Virus record (IMG/VR): IMGVR_UViG_3300032240_001377
Span: 1 to 56,601 of that record
Direction: 5' to 3' (one strand)
Length of the DNA: 56,601 bases
From: a virus
Taxonomy: Duplodnaviria > Caudoviricetes
Shown here piece after piece: positions 42,491 through 51,629 of this stretch. Within the stretch, counting starts at the first letter, position 1; every line of letters starts with the position of its first letter. The position numbers and the translations under genes are program-made. Below the pieces are notes generated by a model that saw nothing but the letters and a program-made list of their open reading frames with translations, had not been told where the DNA came from and ran no database searches.

Positions 42491-42666
42491 TGAACAATAC
42501 AGAAAAGGAAGCACTGGCCCGGTCCATGATCGCCCATGCCCAGCGCCAGCTCATCGAGGCTGAACTGCTGCTCAACGACCACGCGGCAGCCATCCATGCC
42601 AGGAATGCCATCCGTTCCACCGAGGAGGCGCTGGTGTGGCTGGAGGAGAAGGTGGTTACTGCGTGA
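42490..42666 (+). CDS. Hypothetical protein
   Basis: TAATG coupling. Confidence 0.55.
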   Translation: MNNTEKEALARSMIAHAQRQLIEAELLLNDHAAAIHARNAIRSTEEALVWLEEKVVTA

Positions 42667-43736
42667 CCCTCCGTCCATACCAGCAGAAGGTGGTTGATTG
42701 GGCCTGTACTAACGATAAAGGTATCGTAATCGCCCCACCTGGATCAGGCAAAACCATCATCGCCGCAGCCATCTGTTCAACCCATTGGTCTGGAGCCAAG
42801 ATTGGCTGGCTGGCACCTACAAAGGAGACATGCGCCCAAGCTGTTGATGCCCTTAAGTCGTTCAACATCCACCCCAGCCAGTACGAGGTGCGCTGCTACC
42901 ATGAGTCGGTGGACTTTAGCGACAGGGAAGTCATCATCGTCGATGAATGCAAACACGCATCCGCAAGGGTCCTCAAGGACATCATCGTCCGTAGCCAGTG
43001 CGATTCGGTGTACGGGTTTGATGGAACGCCATTCGGGGACAACGAGGAGCGCAACGAGGAACTTCTAGCCCTGTTCGGCCACTCCACCATCACCATCACC
43101 CGGGACGAGGTTGGATCGTCCTTGTCGAAAGCCAAGGTGGTCCTGTCCGACGCCACCGACCAAGACCTTGAAGGACGGATCAACCAGAACATCGAGAAGC
43201 TGGTGAAGGTACGGTCCCGGTTCATGCGGATACCTGAAGGTGAGATCAGGGCCATGGCGGCTTGGGAGTCCATCGTGGACATCGGCATCTGCCAGAACAA
43301 CGCCCGTAACTACGCCGCACTGAACTTCTGCCTAGCACATGCCGACAAACAGGTGCTGGTGCTCGTTCCACGCATCACCCTGGGCGAGAAGTTCGAGGCC
43401 AAGATACCAGACTCCACACTGGTCCATGCCAAGATTGGAAAACTGGACCGGAAGCGGGCTATGGATGACTTCAAGGCTGGAAAGCTGAAGTGCATGATCG
43501 CCACCACCCTGGCCGACGAGGGGCTTGACCTTCCGAATGCGTCCCACTTGGTCATGGTCAGCGGTGGACGGTCAACCCAGCGGACCACCCAAAGGACAGC
43601 GCGTGTTTTGCGGGCCTTCCAAGGAAAGACCCATGCCACCATCCTGGACTTTGTGGACTCGTTCCATCCACTGGCCTTCCGTCATGCGCTCAGGAGGCGC
43701 GAGGTGTACAAGGAACTCGGGTATGAGATTGGATAA
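42663..43736 (+). CDS. SF2 (DEAD/DEAH-like) helicase
   Basis: LRPYQ, PGSGKT, DECKH, EGLDLP, QRTARVLR. Confidence 0.9.
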   Translation: MTLRPYQQKVVDWACTNDKGIVIAPPGSGKTIIAAAICSTHWSGAKIGWLAPTKETCAQAVDALKSFNIHPSQYEVRCYHESVDFSDREVIIVDECKHASARVLKDIIVRSQCDSVYGFDGTPFGDNEERNEELLALFGHSTITITRDEVGSSLSKAKVVLSDATDQDLEGRINQNIEKLVKVRSRFMRIPEGEIRAMAAWESIVDIGICQNNARNYAALNFCLAHADKQVLVLVPRITLGEKFEAKIPDSTLVHAKIGKLDRKRAMDDFKAGKLKCMIATTLADEGLDLPNASHLVMVSGGRSTQRTTQRTARVLRAFQGKTHATILDFVDSFHPLAFRHALRRREVYKELGYEIG

Positions 43737-43739
43737 CCT

Positions 43740-43925
43740 ATGGACAAACCATTCTTCGTGATGCTGTACAACCAGAAAGGTGACCGTCTCGTTCCGATGG
43801 TTGATCCTGATAACGAGCTGTACATGTACGCTACGTACGATGAGGCTAGAACAGCCGCAAAGCATACATTGTACGGAGACAAGTTTGGTTACGAAGTATT
43901 TGCTGAAGGGGACGGTAGATACTAG
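43740..43925 (+). CDS. Hypothetical protein
   Basis: In operon. Confidence 0.5.
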   Translation: MDKPFFVMLYNQKGDRLVPMVDPDNELYMYATYDEARTAAKHTLYGDKFGYEVFAEGDGRY

Positions 43926-43928
43926 CCA

Positions 43929-44207
43929 ATGAACGACTGGTCCTGCACACCCATGGAAGGCGAGTGGTTCCGGTTCAACGTTGGATCCAAGAGCCGTCCT
44001 GGTAAGACCCATGTGGTGGACCTGGAAGGCGACAAATGCCTCGGCCACTGTACCTGCGAACGGTGGCGGTTTGTGGTCGATGTAGAGCGCAGGAGCGGGA
44101 AGACACCAACCGGTGAATGCCGGCACATCACGATAGCAAAGCAGGCCTGGGCAGACCTTATGCTCCCAATCTTTTCCAAGCAACTCAGCAAGAAACCATC
44201 ACGATGA
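43929..44207 (+). CDS. SWIM-type zinc finger protein
   Basis: CTC...CRH. Confidence 0.65.
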   Translation: MNDWSCTPMEGEWFRFNVGSKSRPGKTHVVDLEGDKCLGHCTCERWRFVVDVERRSGKTPTGECRHITIAKQAWADLMLPIFSKQLSKKPSR

Positions 44208-44722
44208 AATCCATCCATCTCCGCTACCTCGAATACCACGACCGCATCCTCCGCTGGCAACGCGCCATGGGGCAGGATGTCAACTCACCCGGCCAGTCCG
44301 ACCGGCAATGGGGCTACTGCCAGAGCGAGTGGGTGGAGCTGCTGGATGCCATGCGAACTGGAAACCTTGTCGAGTACATCGACGGTATTGGTGATGTCCT
44401 TTTCACGGCACTGGGTATGCCGTCCAATGAAGTGATCCGTATGTTGGACGACAGGAACACTGGCATTCTGCTTGTGGTTGAGACGCTCTGCCTGGTTGAG
44501 AACTGGGACCAGTTCGAGATTCTGGAGGCTGTGTGCCAGTCGAACGAGACCAAGTTCTGGGAGACTGTGGACGGGGTTGACTTGGCCACCAACACCGTCC
44601 ACTCTGCCGACAACGGGAAGTTCGTAGTGCGAAGGAAGTCGGACAATAAGGTGACCAAGCCTCCAACCTTCAAGCTGCCGGACTTCTCAGCCATAATCCA
44701 TGGTCCAACGCTCGTACGCTGA
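44204..44722 (+). CDS. MazG-like NTP pyrophosphohydrolase
   Basis: E..EL...E..DG.GD, V..SN.TK, D.KV.KP..F..PD. Confidence 0.75.
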   Translation: MKSIHLRYLEYHDRILRWQRAMGQDVNSPGQSDRQWGYCQSEWVELLDAMRTGNLVEYIDGIGDVLFTALGMPSNEVIRMLDDRNTGILLVVETLCLVENWDQFEILEAVCQSNETKFWETVDGVDLATNTVHSADNGKFVVRRKSDNKVTKPPTFKLPDFSAIIHGPTLVR

Positions 44723-45035
44723 CAAGCCACGCAGGCAGGACAACCGTCCAAAGCAGCGCAATCGGATACCGGCAATGAGCAAGGTCCGGTATGCCAGGAT
44801 GCAGGAGTACAGGAAGAAGCGTGAAGCATTCCTGAAGAAGAATCCGCAGTGTGCTAGGTGTGGAAAGAAGTCAACTGAAGTCCACCACTACAAGGGCAGA
44901 ATAGGCAGGCTTCTATGTATGGAGGAGCACTGGTTTGCACTGGATCGTCAGTGTCATAATTGGATAGGCGAAAACCCTGCCCAGGCCCGTGAGGAAGGGT
45001 TCCTGTGCCAGATTGGCCAGTGGAACACGGTATGA
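44700..45035 (+). CDS. HNH / NinG-like nuclease
   Basis: CARC...EVHH..GR...CHNWI. Confidence 0.7.
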   Translation: MVQRSYADKPRRQDNRPKQRNRIPAMSKVRYARMQEYRKKREAFLKKNPQCARCGKKSTEVHHYKGRIGRLLCMEEHWFALDRQCHNWIGENPAQAREEGFLCQIGQWNTV

Positions 45036-45415
45036 AGGTGACCCAGAAGTGGTATGAAGAGTACCTCGAAAGACGTTCAGGAGAGGCTGCCAAGAAACAG
45101 CCTTCAAGTAGGGGAGTCTGTAACCCTGAAGATCAGATACATAGTACCAAGCCTGAACGCCCTGTTCGGGATGAACCACTGGGGAAGGGCCAGGGCAAGA
45201 AAGATGGCTATAAACGCTTTCTTGTCAGCGTTGTCGCAAGGCGAAGCAAACTTATTGATCCGGACAATATCTGCTCAAAGCACATTATTGATTGCGCGAG
45301 ACGTAGCGGACTCATTGAGGATGACACTCCAGAGTGCATTGAGTTCGGAGTGCGCCAGGAAAAAGTCAACAAAGGCGAAGAGGAAACGGTCATCACGGTC
45401 ACACGGATCCAGTGA
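45032..45415 (+). CDS. RusA-like Holliday junction resolvase, catalytic C-terminal part
   Basis: DPDN..SK..ID....GLIEDD. Confidence 0.7.
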   Translation: MKVTQKWYEEYLERRSGEAAKKQPSSRGVCNPEDQIHSTKPERPVRDEPLGKGQGKKDGYKRFLVSVVARRSKLIDPDNICSKHIIDCARRSGLIEDDTPECIEFGVRQEKVNKGEEETVITVTRIQ

Positions 45416-45425
45416 TGACGACTAG
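45054..45425 (+). CDS. Overlapping ORF carrying a RusA-like N-terminal motif
   Basis: VTLKIRYIVPSLNALFGMNHWGRARARK. Confidence 0.5.
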   Translation: MKSTSKDVQERLPRNSLQVGESVTLKIRYIVPSLNALFGMNHWGRARARKMAINAFLSALSQGEANLLIRTISAQSTLLIARDVADSLRMTLQSALSSECARKKSTKAKRKRSSRSHGSSDDD

Positions 45426-46741
45426 CCCGGAGTCACGTTCAGTTCCGTCTTACCGTTGGCTTGACTCACTGCTCGCTCCAGCCCGTCGTCTCCCCGAGAG
45501 ACCGCTTCCAGCACGTCTTGCGTTTGTCCCTGGCGGCTAACGGTATCCAGCACCAGCAGCCTATCTTCAGCTCCAGGTTCCCTGATGAATCCAGCAGGAC
45601 TTCCCCCGGCTTCCCGCATGTACGGGTGGACCTTGCGTAGAACGGGCAGCTTTGACAGGTTCTTACCCTGCGCCACCACAAGCCGCCCACCTCGGTCGTC
45701 GCACAGTTCCCCGGCTGACTGAGTGACAGGATCGACTTCAACAGCATCCACCATGACCGGGCGAACTCGCTTGTTGGCAATGTACGGAACGAGACAACCA
45801 AGATTCTTGTCCACAGCACCGCCAAGCATGGCAGCCGGGAGAACCGTCTGGCGTACAAACGACGTGAAGACATCCACGATCTGCGGGAATTGGCGGGCGA
45901 TGACGGCGCCCCATTGCTTTGCATAGTCGCTCCTCTTGAGTGTGGCGTGGCGGTCGGTTTCAAACTCCTTGGCCCATTCAACGAAAGCCTTGGACTCCTC
46001 AACCTCCAATGTCCAACGGAACTTGTACTGGCCGGAGTCCTTGTCGCCATGGTCCAGTGCATTGAGGACGGTGTTCCGAAGGTGAGCCGGCAGTTCGGTC
46101 TGCATCACCGCCTCATGCTTCCCGGCCCTGTCATTTGTGGATGCAGGCAACTGCTCGATGGCATTCGGGAACCTAGACAGGACGATCTGCTTCCAGTTCT
46201 TGCGGTACGGAAAGGCGTGGAGCTTTGCCCAGCCCAAGTCGATGGGCTTCATGTCGGCCACAAGGCGACGAGGCATCTCCTGGGTGATGGCCAGCCAGAC
46301 CAACCGGAATGTCTTCAGGTCGGCTACCTGTGAACGCTTCCAAGCCGCCTTGACGAACGGGTCATCCTCCGCCCCGCTGTGGAGCGGCCCTTCCTCATCA
46401 CCATTCGGCTTGGCCAACACCTCCATGGACTCAGGCTTCTTAGGGTCCATCTTGGCATGGCGGTTCCACCAGGTTGGGTTGGTGCCGTACACCGGCCGCC
46501 CCATTGACTTCCACAGGTCATCCGGGATGAAGAACACGTACCCGTCCGCGCTCATGGACGCCTTCTGGAGCTGTCCTATGATCTCCTCCCTGGCCGCACG
46601 GGGTATCCTGATCGACAGCGGGATGGTGACCAGCCACACAGGTTGACCGTCCACAGTGCCTTGAGTGGCCCAGAACGATTGGGTCCACTTCTCGCGTTCC
46701 CAAATCCAGAGGTGCTTGTCGCCGGTTTGTGTGAATTTCAT
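45422..46741 (-). CDS. Hypothetical protein coupled to TerL
   Basis: 439 aa, ATGA overlap with the terL stop. Confidence 0.7.
   Translation of the reverse strand: MKFTQTGDKHLWIWEREKWTQSFWATQGTVDGQPVWLVTIPLSIRIPRAAREEIIGQLQKASMSADGYVFFIPDDLWKSMGRPVYGTNPTWWNRHAKMDPKKPESMEVLAKPNGDEEGPLHSGAEDDPFVKAAWKRSQVADLKTFRLVWLAITQEMPRRLVADMKPIDLGWAKLHAFPYRKNWKQIVLSRFPNAIEQLPASTNDRAGKHEAVMQTELPAHLRNTVLNALDHGDKDSGQYKFRWTLEVEESKAFVEWAKEFETDRHATLKRSDYAKQWGAVIARQFPQIVDVFTSFVRQTVLPAAMLGGAVDKNLGCLVPYIANKRVRPVMVDAVEVDPVTQSAGELCDDRGGRLVVAQGKNLSKLPVLRKVHPYMREAGGSPAGFIREPGAEDRLLVLDTVSRQGQTQDVLEAVSRGDDGLERAVSQANGKTELNVTPG
45466..45873 (-). CDS. Nested Cys-rich Zn-binding protein
   Basis: R..TCQSCP....TC...GCWC......TCW...W in an alternative frame. 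Confidence 0.5.
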   Translation of the reverse strand: MSSRRLYARRFSRLPCLAVLWTRILVVSFRTLPTSEFARSWWMLLKSILSLSQPGNCATTEVGGLWWRRVRTCQSCPFYARSTRTCGKPGEVLLDSSGNLELKIGCWCWIPLAARDKRKTCWKRSLGETTGWSEQ

Positions 46742-48201
46742 ACCATCATGGTGGATGCCACCCTCTTCCCTGTTGAAACCTTTGACCGGTTGGACCGGTT
46801 TAATTCGTTCGGGACGGCACAGGATAGCATGTAGGTGAGCGCGTCGAACGAGTGCTTGTGGGGAGACTTTGGGTCCACCGACTGGTTGCCCTTCCCAGGC
46901 GGCAGCAATTCAAGCATGTCCTTGAGGTGGGTGCAATGGGATGGGACAAAGATCCGTTCCTCGAACAGCAACCGGTGGAGCAGGTTCTTCCTGTCCGCCA
47001 CAGACCCTCCACCCTTCGTCACCGGCCTCAATGAAATCTTCCTGTCTGAATGCTTGTAGACCAACTGCGCTTCCGTCCCACCGATGGTCATGGACTGGCT
47101 CATGGAAGACGAGTCGGACCAGTGACACCACAGGACTGATTCCCGGCCGTACATGGACTTCAGCCTCCGTTCCCAGAAGTCTTCCAATTCAAGGACTGCA
47201 TCGGTAAAGTCGGAGATGGATCGGTTGGTCTCGTTCAACCAGATGATCTCGTCCAGGACATCGAACGCGAACAACCCGTTCACAATACGAGGGGCGGCCA
47301 TCACGAACGCGGATGACCGGTCACCAAGATCCCATCCGCAATGGATGGTGTGGGCGTCCTTCGCCGGGCAGAGCAGTTCCCAATCCTCTTCCGGTTCATC
47401 CTGATGCTTCTGTGTGTGGATGATGTGGATTGGTTCGTGGTAGACATCCTCGAACACGCTGCCCTCGTTACGGGCCTCAACCCATTCAGAGAAGTAGTAC
47501 CGGGCCAACAGGTTGGGTGAGTCCTTGTAGAGGGCGTACAGCTCGTCCTTCTCCTCCTGGGAGATGAACGGGTTGTCGTCTATCTTGAATTGGATCTGTT
47601 TGTGGTGCTTGGTCGGGTTCTTGAAGAACTCGTCGTGAAGCCAGTGGGACGTGCCTTCCTTTGGAGGATTGGTGTCCAGGATGAACTGCTGCTGTCCAAA
47701 CTTCAGCAGACGCATAGTCTGGGTCAACGTCTTGAAGACCATAGGGTCTTTGAAGTTGTCCGCCTCGACCATCTGGATCATCGAGCACTTGAACCCCTTG
47801 AACTTGGTCTCAACCTCTTCGTCAAACTCCAGGGAGTGAAGCTGGCATTCGCTGACCCCGCCATGGGCGTTCCTGATCCGGAAGAAGCTGACCTTGGTGG
47901 TGTTAGTGATCGTCGGTTCCTTGACGATCTCCATGGAGGTGTTGTTGGCCCAGACGTACAACCGTCCATCTGTAGGCCGGATCAGGTCGCCCCAGACACC
48001 CTGTTCACCAGCGCGGAGAGTACGGGCGATGATGGCCACGATGGCCCCATTGTTCTCCCACATGTGCCGGATCACCTTGTCACACAGGGCGATGGTCTTT
48101 CCGGTTCGGCGTGCCCCGTGGACCAGGAGGAAACGGTGGTAGTCGTTGTAGACTTCCACACCTTTCTGACTCATGGGCGGGAGCCAGTATGGCTGACTCA
48201 T
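46738..48201 (-). CDS. terL: Terminase large subunit
   Basis: GARRTGKT Walker A, MVEAD Walker B, DTNP, DNPF, GWDLG and H..DALTY nuclease motifs. Confidence 0.9.
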   Translation of the reverse strand: MSQPYWLPPMSQKGVEVYNDYHRFLLVHGARRTGKTIALCDKVIRHMWENNGAIVAIIARTLRAGEQGVWGDLIRPTDGRLYVWANNTSMEIVKEPTITNTTKVSFFRIRNAHGGVSECQLHSLEFDEEVETKFKGFKCSMIQMVEADNFKDPMVFKTLTQTMRLLKFGQQQFILDTNPPKEGTSHWLHDEFFKNPTKHHKQIQFKIDDNPFISQEEKDELYALYKDSPNLLARYYFSEWVEARNEGSVFEDVYHEPIHIIHTQKHQDEPEEDWELLCPAKDAHTIHCGWDLGDRSSAFVMAAPRIVNGLFAFDVLDEIIWLNETNRSISDFTDAVLELEDFWERRLKSMYGRESVLWCHWSDSSSMSQSMTIGGTEAQLVYKHSDRKISLRPVTKGGGSVADRKNLLHRLLFEERIFVPSHCTHLKDMLELLPPGKGNQSVDPKSPHKHSFDALTYMLSCAVPNELNRSNRSKVSTGKRVASTMMV

Positions 48202-48245
48202 TCTTCTTGCCAGCCTACAGAGCAAATGGTCTATTGACAAGCCGT

Positions 48246-48551
48246 ATGACCGATCTTGGCACGAAGTACGATCATGGCGCCATGTCCGCCCCGATCAAGG
48301 AGTCCAAAAAGATGGACTACCCCAAGCTGTGCATCCGGGACAAGTCCCTGGAGGCTGCATTTGGGAAGGATCTTCCGGATGTGGGTGAGGAGATCGAGGC
48401 CACCGTCAAGCTGGTTGTGACCGGCATCCGCAACGACCAGTACGGCAAGTCCGTCGATTTCGATGTGGTATCCGGCGACTTCTCGGAACCGGCCGAGGAT
48501 GAAGGCGTGAAGGATGCAGGCGAGGAGATGCCGATGGACGAGGAGGATTGA
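48246..48551 (+). CDS. Acidic hypothetical protein
   Basis: YP.L.I...LP.VG motif; GC3 bias. Confidence 0.6.
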   Translation: MTDLGTKYDHGAMSAPIKESKKMDYPKLCIRDKSLEAAFGKDLPDVGEEIEATVKLVVTGIRNDQYGKSVDFDVVSGDFSEPAEDEGVKDAGEEMPMDEED

Positions 48552-48841
48552 TGGCAGGTGGTCCGAGAAAGAGGAAGACGGCCATCCTCCCGAATGCAGA
48601 TGGGACGTTCTCAATAGCCATCGCGTTCAGCAGGTACAGGTTTGTGAAGCATCCAAGGAAGGCAAAGTGGTCGCTTGTGGTACTGAATGAGGAGATGGAG
48701 TTTGAATATGAGCCCATCCCAGGAGTACGGTTTCGGCCGCGATTGATAGTGCGGATCGAGGGCAGGCCAAAGAACTCGAAGAATCTACAGAAGCAGTTGG
48801 TGCTGCACCAGATACGCAAAAAGAACAAACCGATATGGTAG
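48551..48841 (+). CDS. Basic hypothetical protein
   Basis: TGATG coupling; fills the gap before portal. Confidence 0.4.
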   Translation: MAGGPRKRKTAILPNADGTFSIAIAFSRYRFVKHPRKAKWSLVVLNEEMEFEYEPIPGVRFRPRLIVRIEGRPKNSKNLQKQLVLHQIRKKNKPIW

Positions 48842-51330
48842 ACATCAAGGCACTGGAGACTGCTGGGTATTCGGATGAGAAGCTGAAGGCGATCTTCACC
48901 CAGCCTCACACCAAGCTGAAGTCGTCCCATCCGAAGGCGGCTGACCTCATCGACCTTCACCAGTCTCGGATGGATGACGGCATCTCCAGGTCTCTGGACA
49001 TGGCCAGGACGTACTGGGCCATCGACCGTGCGTACGACATCTCGTCCGAACAGGTCACCTTCTCGATTGCCCGTGGACTCATCAGCCAGAATGCTTCCGG
49101 ACCTGAAGTATTAAACCTGGCCAAGCAGGCAAAGTTGGACCGGCTTCTGATGAAGAGGACCAATGCGACTGGCCAGTTCCTCAACTGGCAAAACCAGCCG
49201 TGCGATGCAAAATCGGCGGCTGAGGATGTCCACCTTCCAACCTTCTTCCAAATCTACATCCCTTTGGTGGCCAGCTACATGAAGGCCCGCTGGGCGAAGC
49301 TTTTCAACGACCGGAATGTCTCCCCGCTCTACAAGCTTGAACCGTCCATCCTGAGTCTTCGCAGGAAGCTGCTGACCCGGATCATCACTTCCAGGATCAG
49401 CAGGATGAGCGCGGACCTTGGCTATGCGGCCATGGAGCGCCAGTCCATCCATGCTGCCCTACTCTACGGCATCTGCATCAACTTCGCTGAGCAGGACTGG
49501 TTGTCTGAGAAGCATAAGATCGGCGAGAAGGAAGTGACTGTGAAGTCGGGTGTCCCGTTTGTGGCGCCCCATCCAAGCCGGATCTTCTACGACCTGGCCA
49601 AGCCACTCTCCACGCTGAACACCGACTCCGGGGTCAGCTATGTGGGCTACTGGACCCTCCATCGGTTCAGCGACATCTTCCACAACACCGAGTTCTGGAA
49701 CCGTGACGGGGTGAATGTAAACTCCAATGGCAAGCAGCCTTGGCGCGAGTCATCCATCTTCCGACTGTACCAGGAGTTGTACCCGTGTGCGGCCAAGTTC
49801 CCCCAGTTCCAACCAGGGAGCGACAACGACCGTGAAGACAAGGCGTTCCGGTACACCTACTCGGAACATTCGGATTCAGCAGTGGACGTGACGGTGATGT
49901 TCCACAAGCTGGTCCCGAAGGACTGGGGCCTGTACGACTACGACAAGCCCGTCTGGCACCGGTTTGTCTATGCCGGCAACACGGTGATCCATGTGAAGCC
50001 GTGGTCGTATTGCCCGGCTATCGTGTACCAGTACGATGCGGATGGAAACCGCGCCAACCCGTCCGGCATTGGACAGGAACTCCTGCCGTTTCAGGACCAC
50101 CTTGGGAACCTCCTGTCCCAGTACCTGCTTTCGGTAAAGAAGAACCTCATCCGGATAGTGATGACGGACCTTGATGTCATCTCCCCGGATGACGTGAATA
50201 AGATTTCAAACGAGTCCGAGAACGCCCTTCGCGGCATTGCCTTCATCCCTGTTGACAACCGGGAACTCCGGAACATGGGTGTGGACGATGCCCGCCTTGG
50301 TCTCCGTGCGCTCCAGTTCCCGCCCCAGAACACCCAGGAAGTCCTGTCTGCCATCACGGCCCTATTGACCATGGTGGAACGGGCGCTTGGGTTCTCCCCG
50401 CAGGAGATCGGCGCATCCGCCTCCCACCAGCAGTCCGCCACCGAAGTCGTCACCATCTCACAGAACACCTCACAGCGTCTCCAGTTGACTGGCTCGTTCA
50501 TTGATGAGGCCATGAATGCAAGGGCCAAGCTGCTCTACGAGGCCATGCTTTCCCACGACGACGACGAGGTTCTCGCGGACGTGGCCGAGATGACGCCGGA
50601 AGGGGAAAAGATCCTTACGGAGGCCGGCTTCAAGATTGAGAAGGACGGCTCACACACCGCTGGAGTGACCGGCCCGAAGTCTGCACTGCTCCTTGAGGGG
50701 ATAGGCCTGTTCAAGGATACGTCCAACCGGGTCAACGAGCCTGCCGTGGCCCAGTTGATGACTGCGTTCCTGGACCGCATCCTTTCCAATCCGGCCATCG
50801 TCCAGCTTGTTGGTCCGAAGTTCCTGTTCGAGCGCCTCAATGAGATCGCCGAGTTCTTCCAGTTGCCTGTGGACTTCCGGTTGCCGGCCGATTTCAAGCC
50901 CATAAACGGCGAGCCCACTCCTGAACAGCAGGCCCAGATGAAGGCCCAGCAGGAAGGCCAGCAGCAGCAGGCTCTACAGGCCATGCAGCAGATCGCGGCC
51001 GAGGTGAGCCAGCAGGTGGTTGGCCAGGCCGTGGCTGGACTGTCCGAACAGGTGAAGACCGGGTTGGCCGACCCCCTGGCACAGAAGCAGCAGCAGATCG
51101 AGCAGGCCCTGATGGCTTTCATGCAGCAAGCCCAAGCTGATTCTGCCCAGACCAAGGAGGCCATCGGACAGGTCGTCCAGCGTGGCCAGCAGGTTGAGCA
51201 AGCTGTGACTGCGGTAGCTGGACAGACGGCCCAGAACAAGAGCCTGATCGACCAGTTGTCCCAAATCATGGATGGCATGGACAAGATGCAGGCAGCAGCG
51301 GCCGGAGCGACTGTCCAACCCATGGCATGA
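48835..51330 (+). CDS. Portal protein with Gln-rich C-terminal barrel
   Basis: 831 aa; G.G..L...QD, SATE motif, long Q-rich helix (P22-like); synteny. Confidence 0.8.
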   Translation: MVDIKALETAGYSDEKLKAIFTQPHTKLKSSHPKAADLIDLHQSRMDDGISRSLDMARTYWAIDRAYDISSEQVTFSIARGLISQNASGPEVLNLAKQAKLDRLLMKRTNATGQFLNWQNQPCDAKSAAEDVHLPTFFQIYIPLVASYMKARWAKLFNDRNVSPLYKLEPSILSLRRKLLTRIITSRISRMSADLGYAAMERQSIHAALLYGICINFAEQDWLSEKHKIGEKEVTVKSGVPFVAPHPSRIFYDLAKPLSTLNTDSGVSYVGYWTLHRFSDIFHNTEFWNRDGVNVNSNGKQPWRESSIFRLYQELYPCAAKFPQFQPGSDNDREDKAFRYTYSEHSDSAVDVTVMFHKLVPKDWGLYDYDKPVWHRFVYAGNTVIHVKPWSYCPAIVYQYDADGNRANPSGIGQELLPFQDHLGNLLSQYLLSVKKNLIRIVMTDLDVISPDDVNKISNESENALRGIAFIPVDNRELRNMGVDDARLGLRALQFPPQNTQEVLSAITALLTMVERALGFSPQEIGASASHQQSATEVVTISQNTSQRLQLTGSFIDEAMNARAKLLYEAMLSHDDDEVLADVAEMTPEGEKILTEAGFKIEKDGSHTAGVTGPKSALLLEGIGLFKDTSNRVNEPAVAQLMTAFLDRILSNPAIVQLVGPKFLFERLNEIAEFFQLPVDFRLPADFKPINGEPTPEQQAQMKAQQEGQQQQALQAMQQIAAEVSQQVVGQAVAGLSEQVKTGLADPLAQKQQQIEQALMAFMQQAQADSAQTKEAIGQVVQRGQQVEQAVTAVAGQTAQNKSLIDQLSQIMDGMDKMQAAAAGATVQPMA

Positions 51331-51629
51331 TTGTACCAGAGAAACAGCCCATCCTTGGAGGGGGCCACAAGGAGCTGATGGTTTGGATTGGAACCGGTAA
51401 CGGTCTGACTATCCAGAAGATCATGGCCCATCATATTGCCTACCACCAGGCCCTAGCCATTGCAGCCCAGTCAAAGGTCACTGGACCTGCATCTGACTCG
51501 CTTTGCTTGGAAGCGAAAAGAAACTTGGGTATTGCTACAAAGTTTGCAAATGCACTTGAAGTAATGAAGGATCTGACCAGCAAAGAAGAACTGTACGCAC
51601 TGACGAATCTCCCCACTGAATATGCCTGA
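51327..51629 (+). CDS. Hypothetical protein
   Basis: Between portal and scaffold. Confidence 0.55.
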   Translation: MIVPEKQPILGGGHKELMVWIGTGNGLTIQKIMAHHIAYHQALAIAAQSKVTGPASDSLCLEAKRNLGIATKFANALEVMKDLTSKEELYALTNLPTEYA

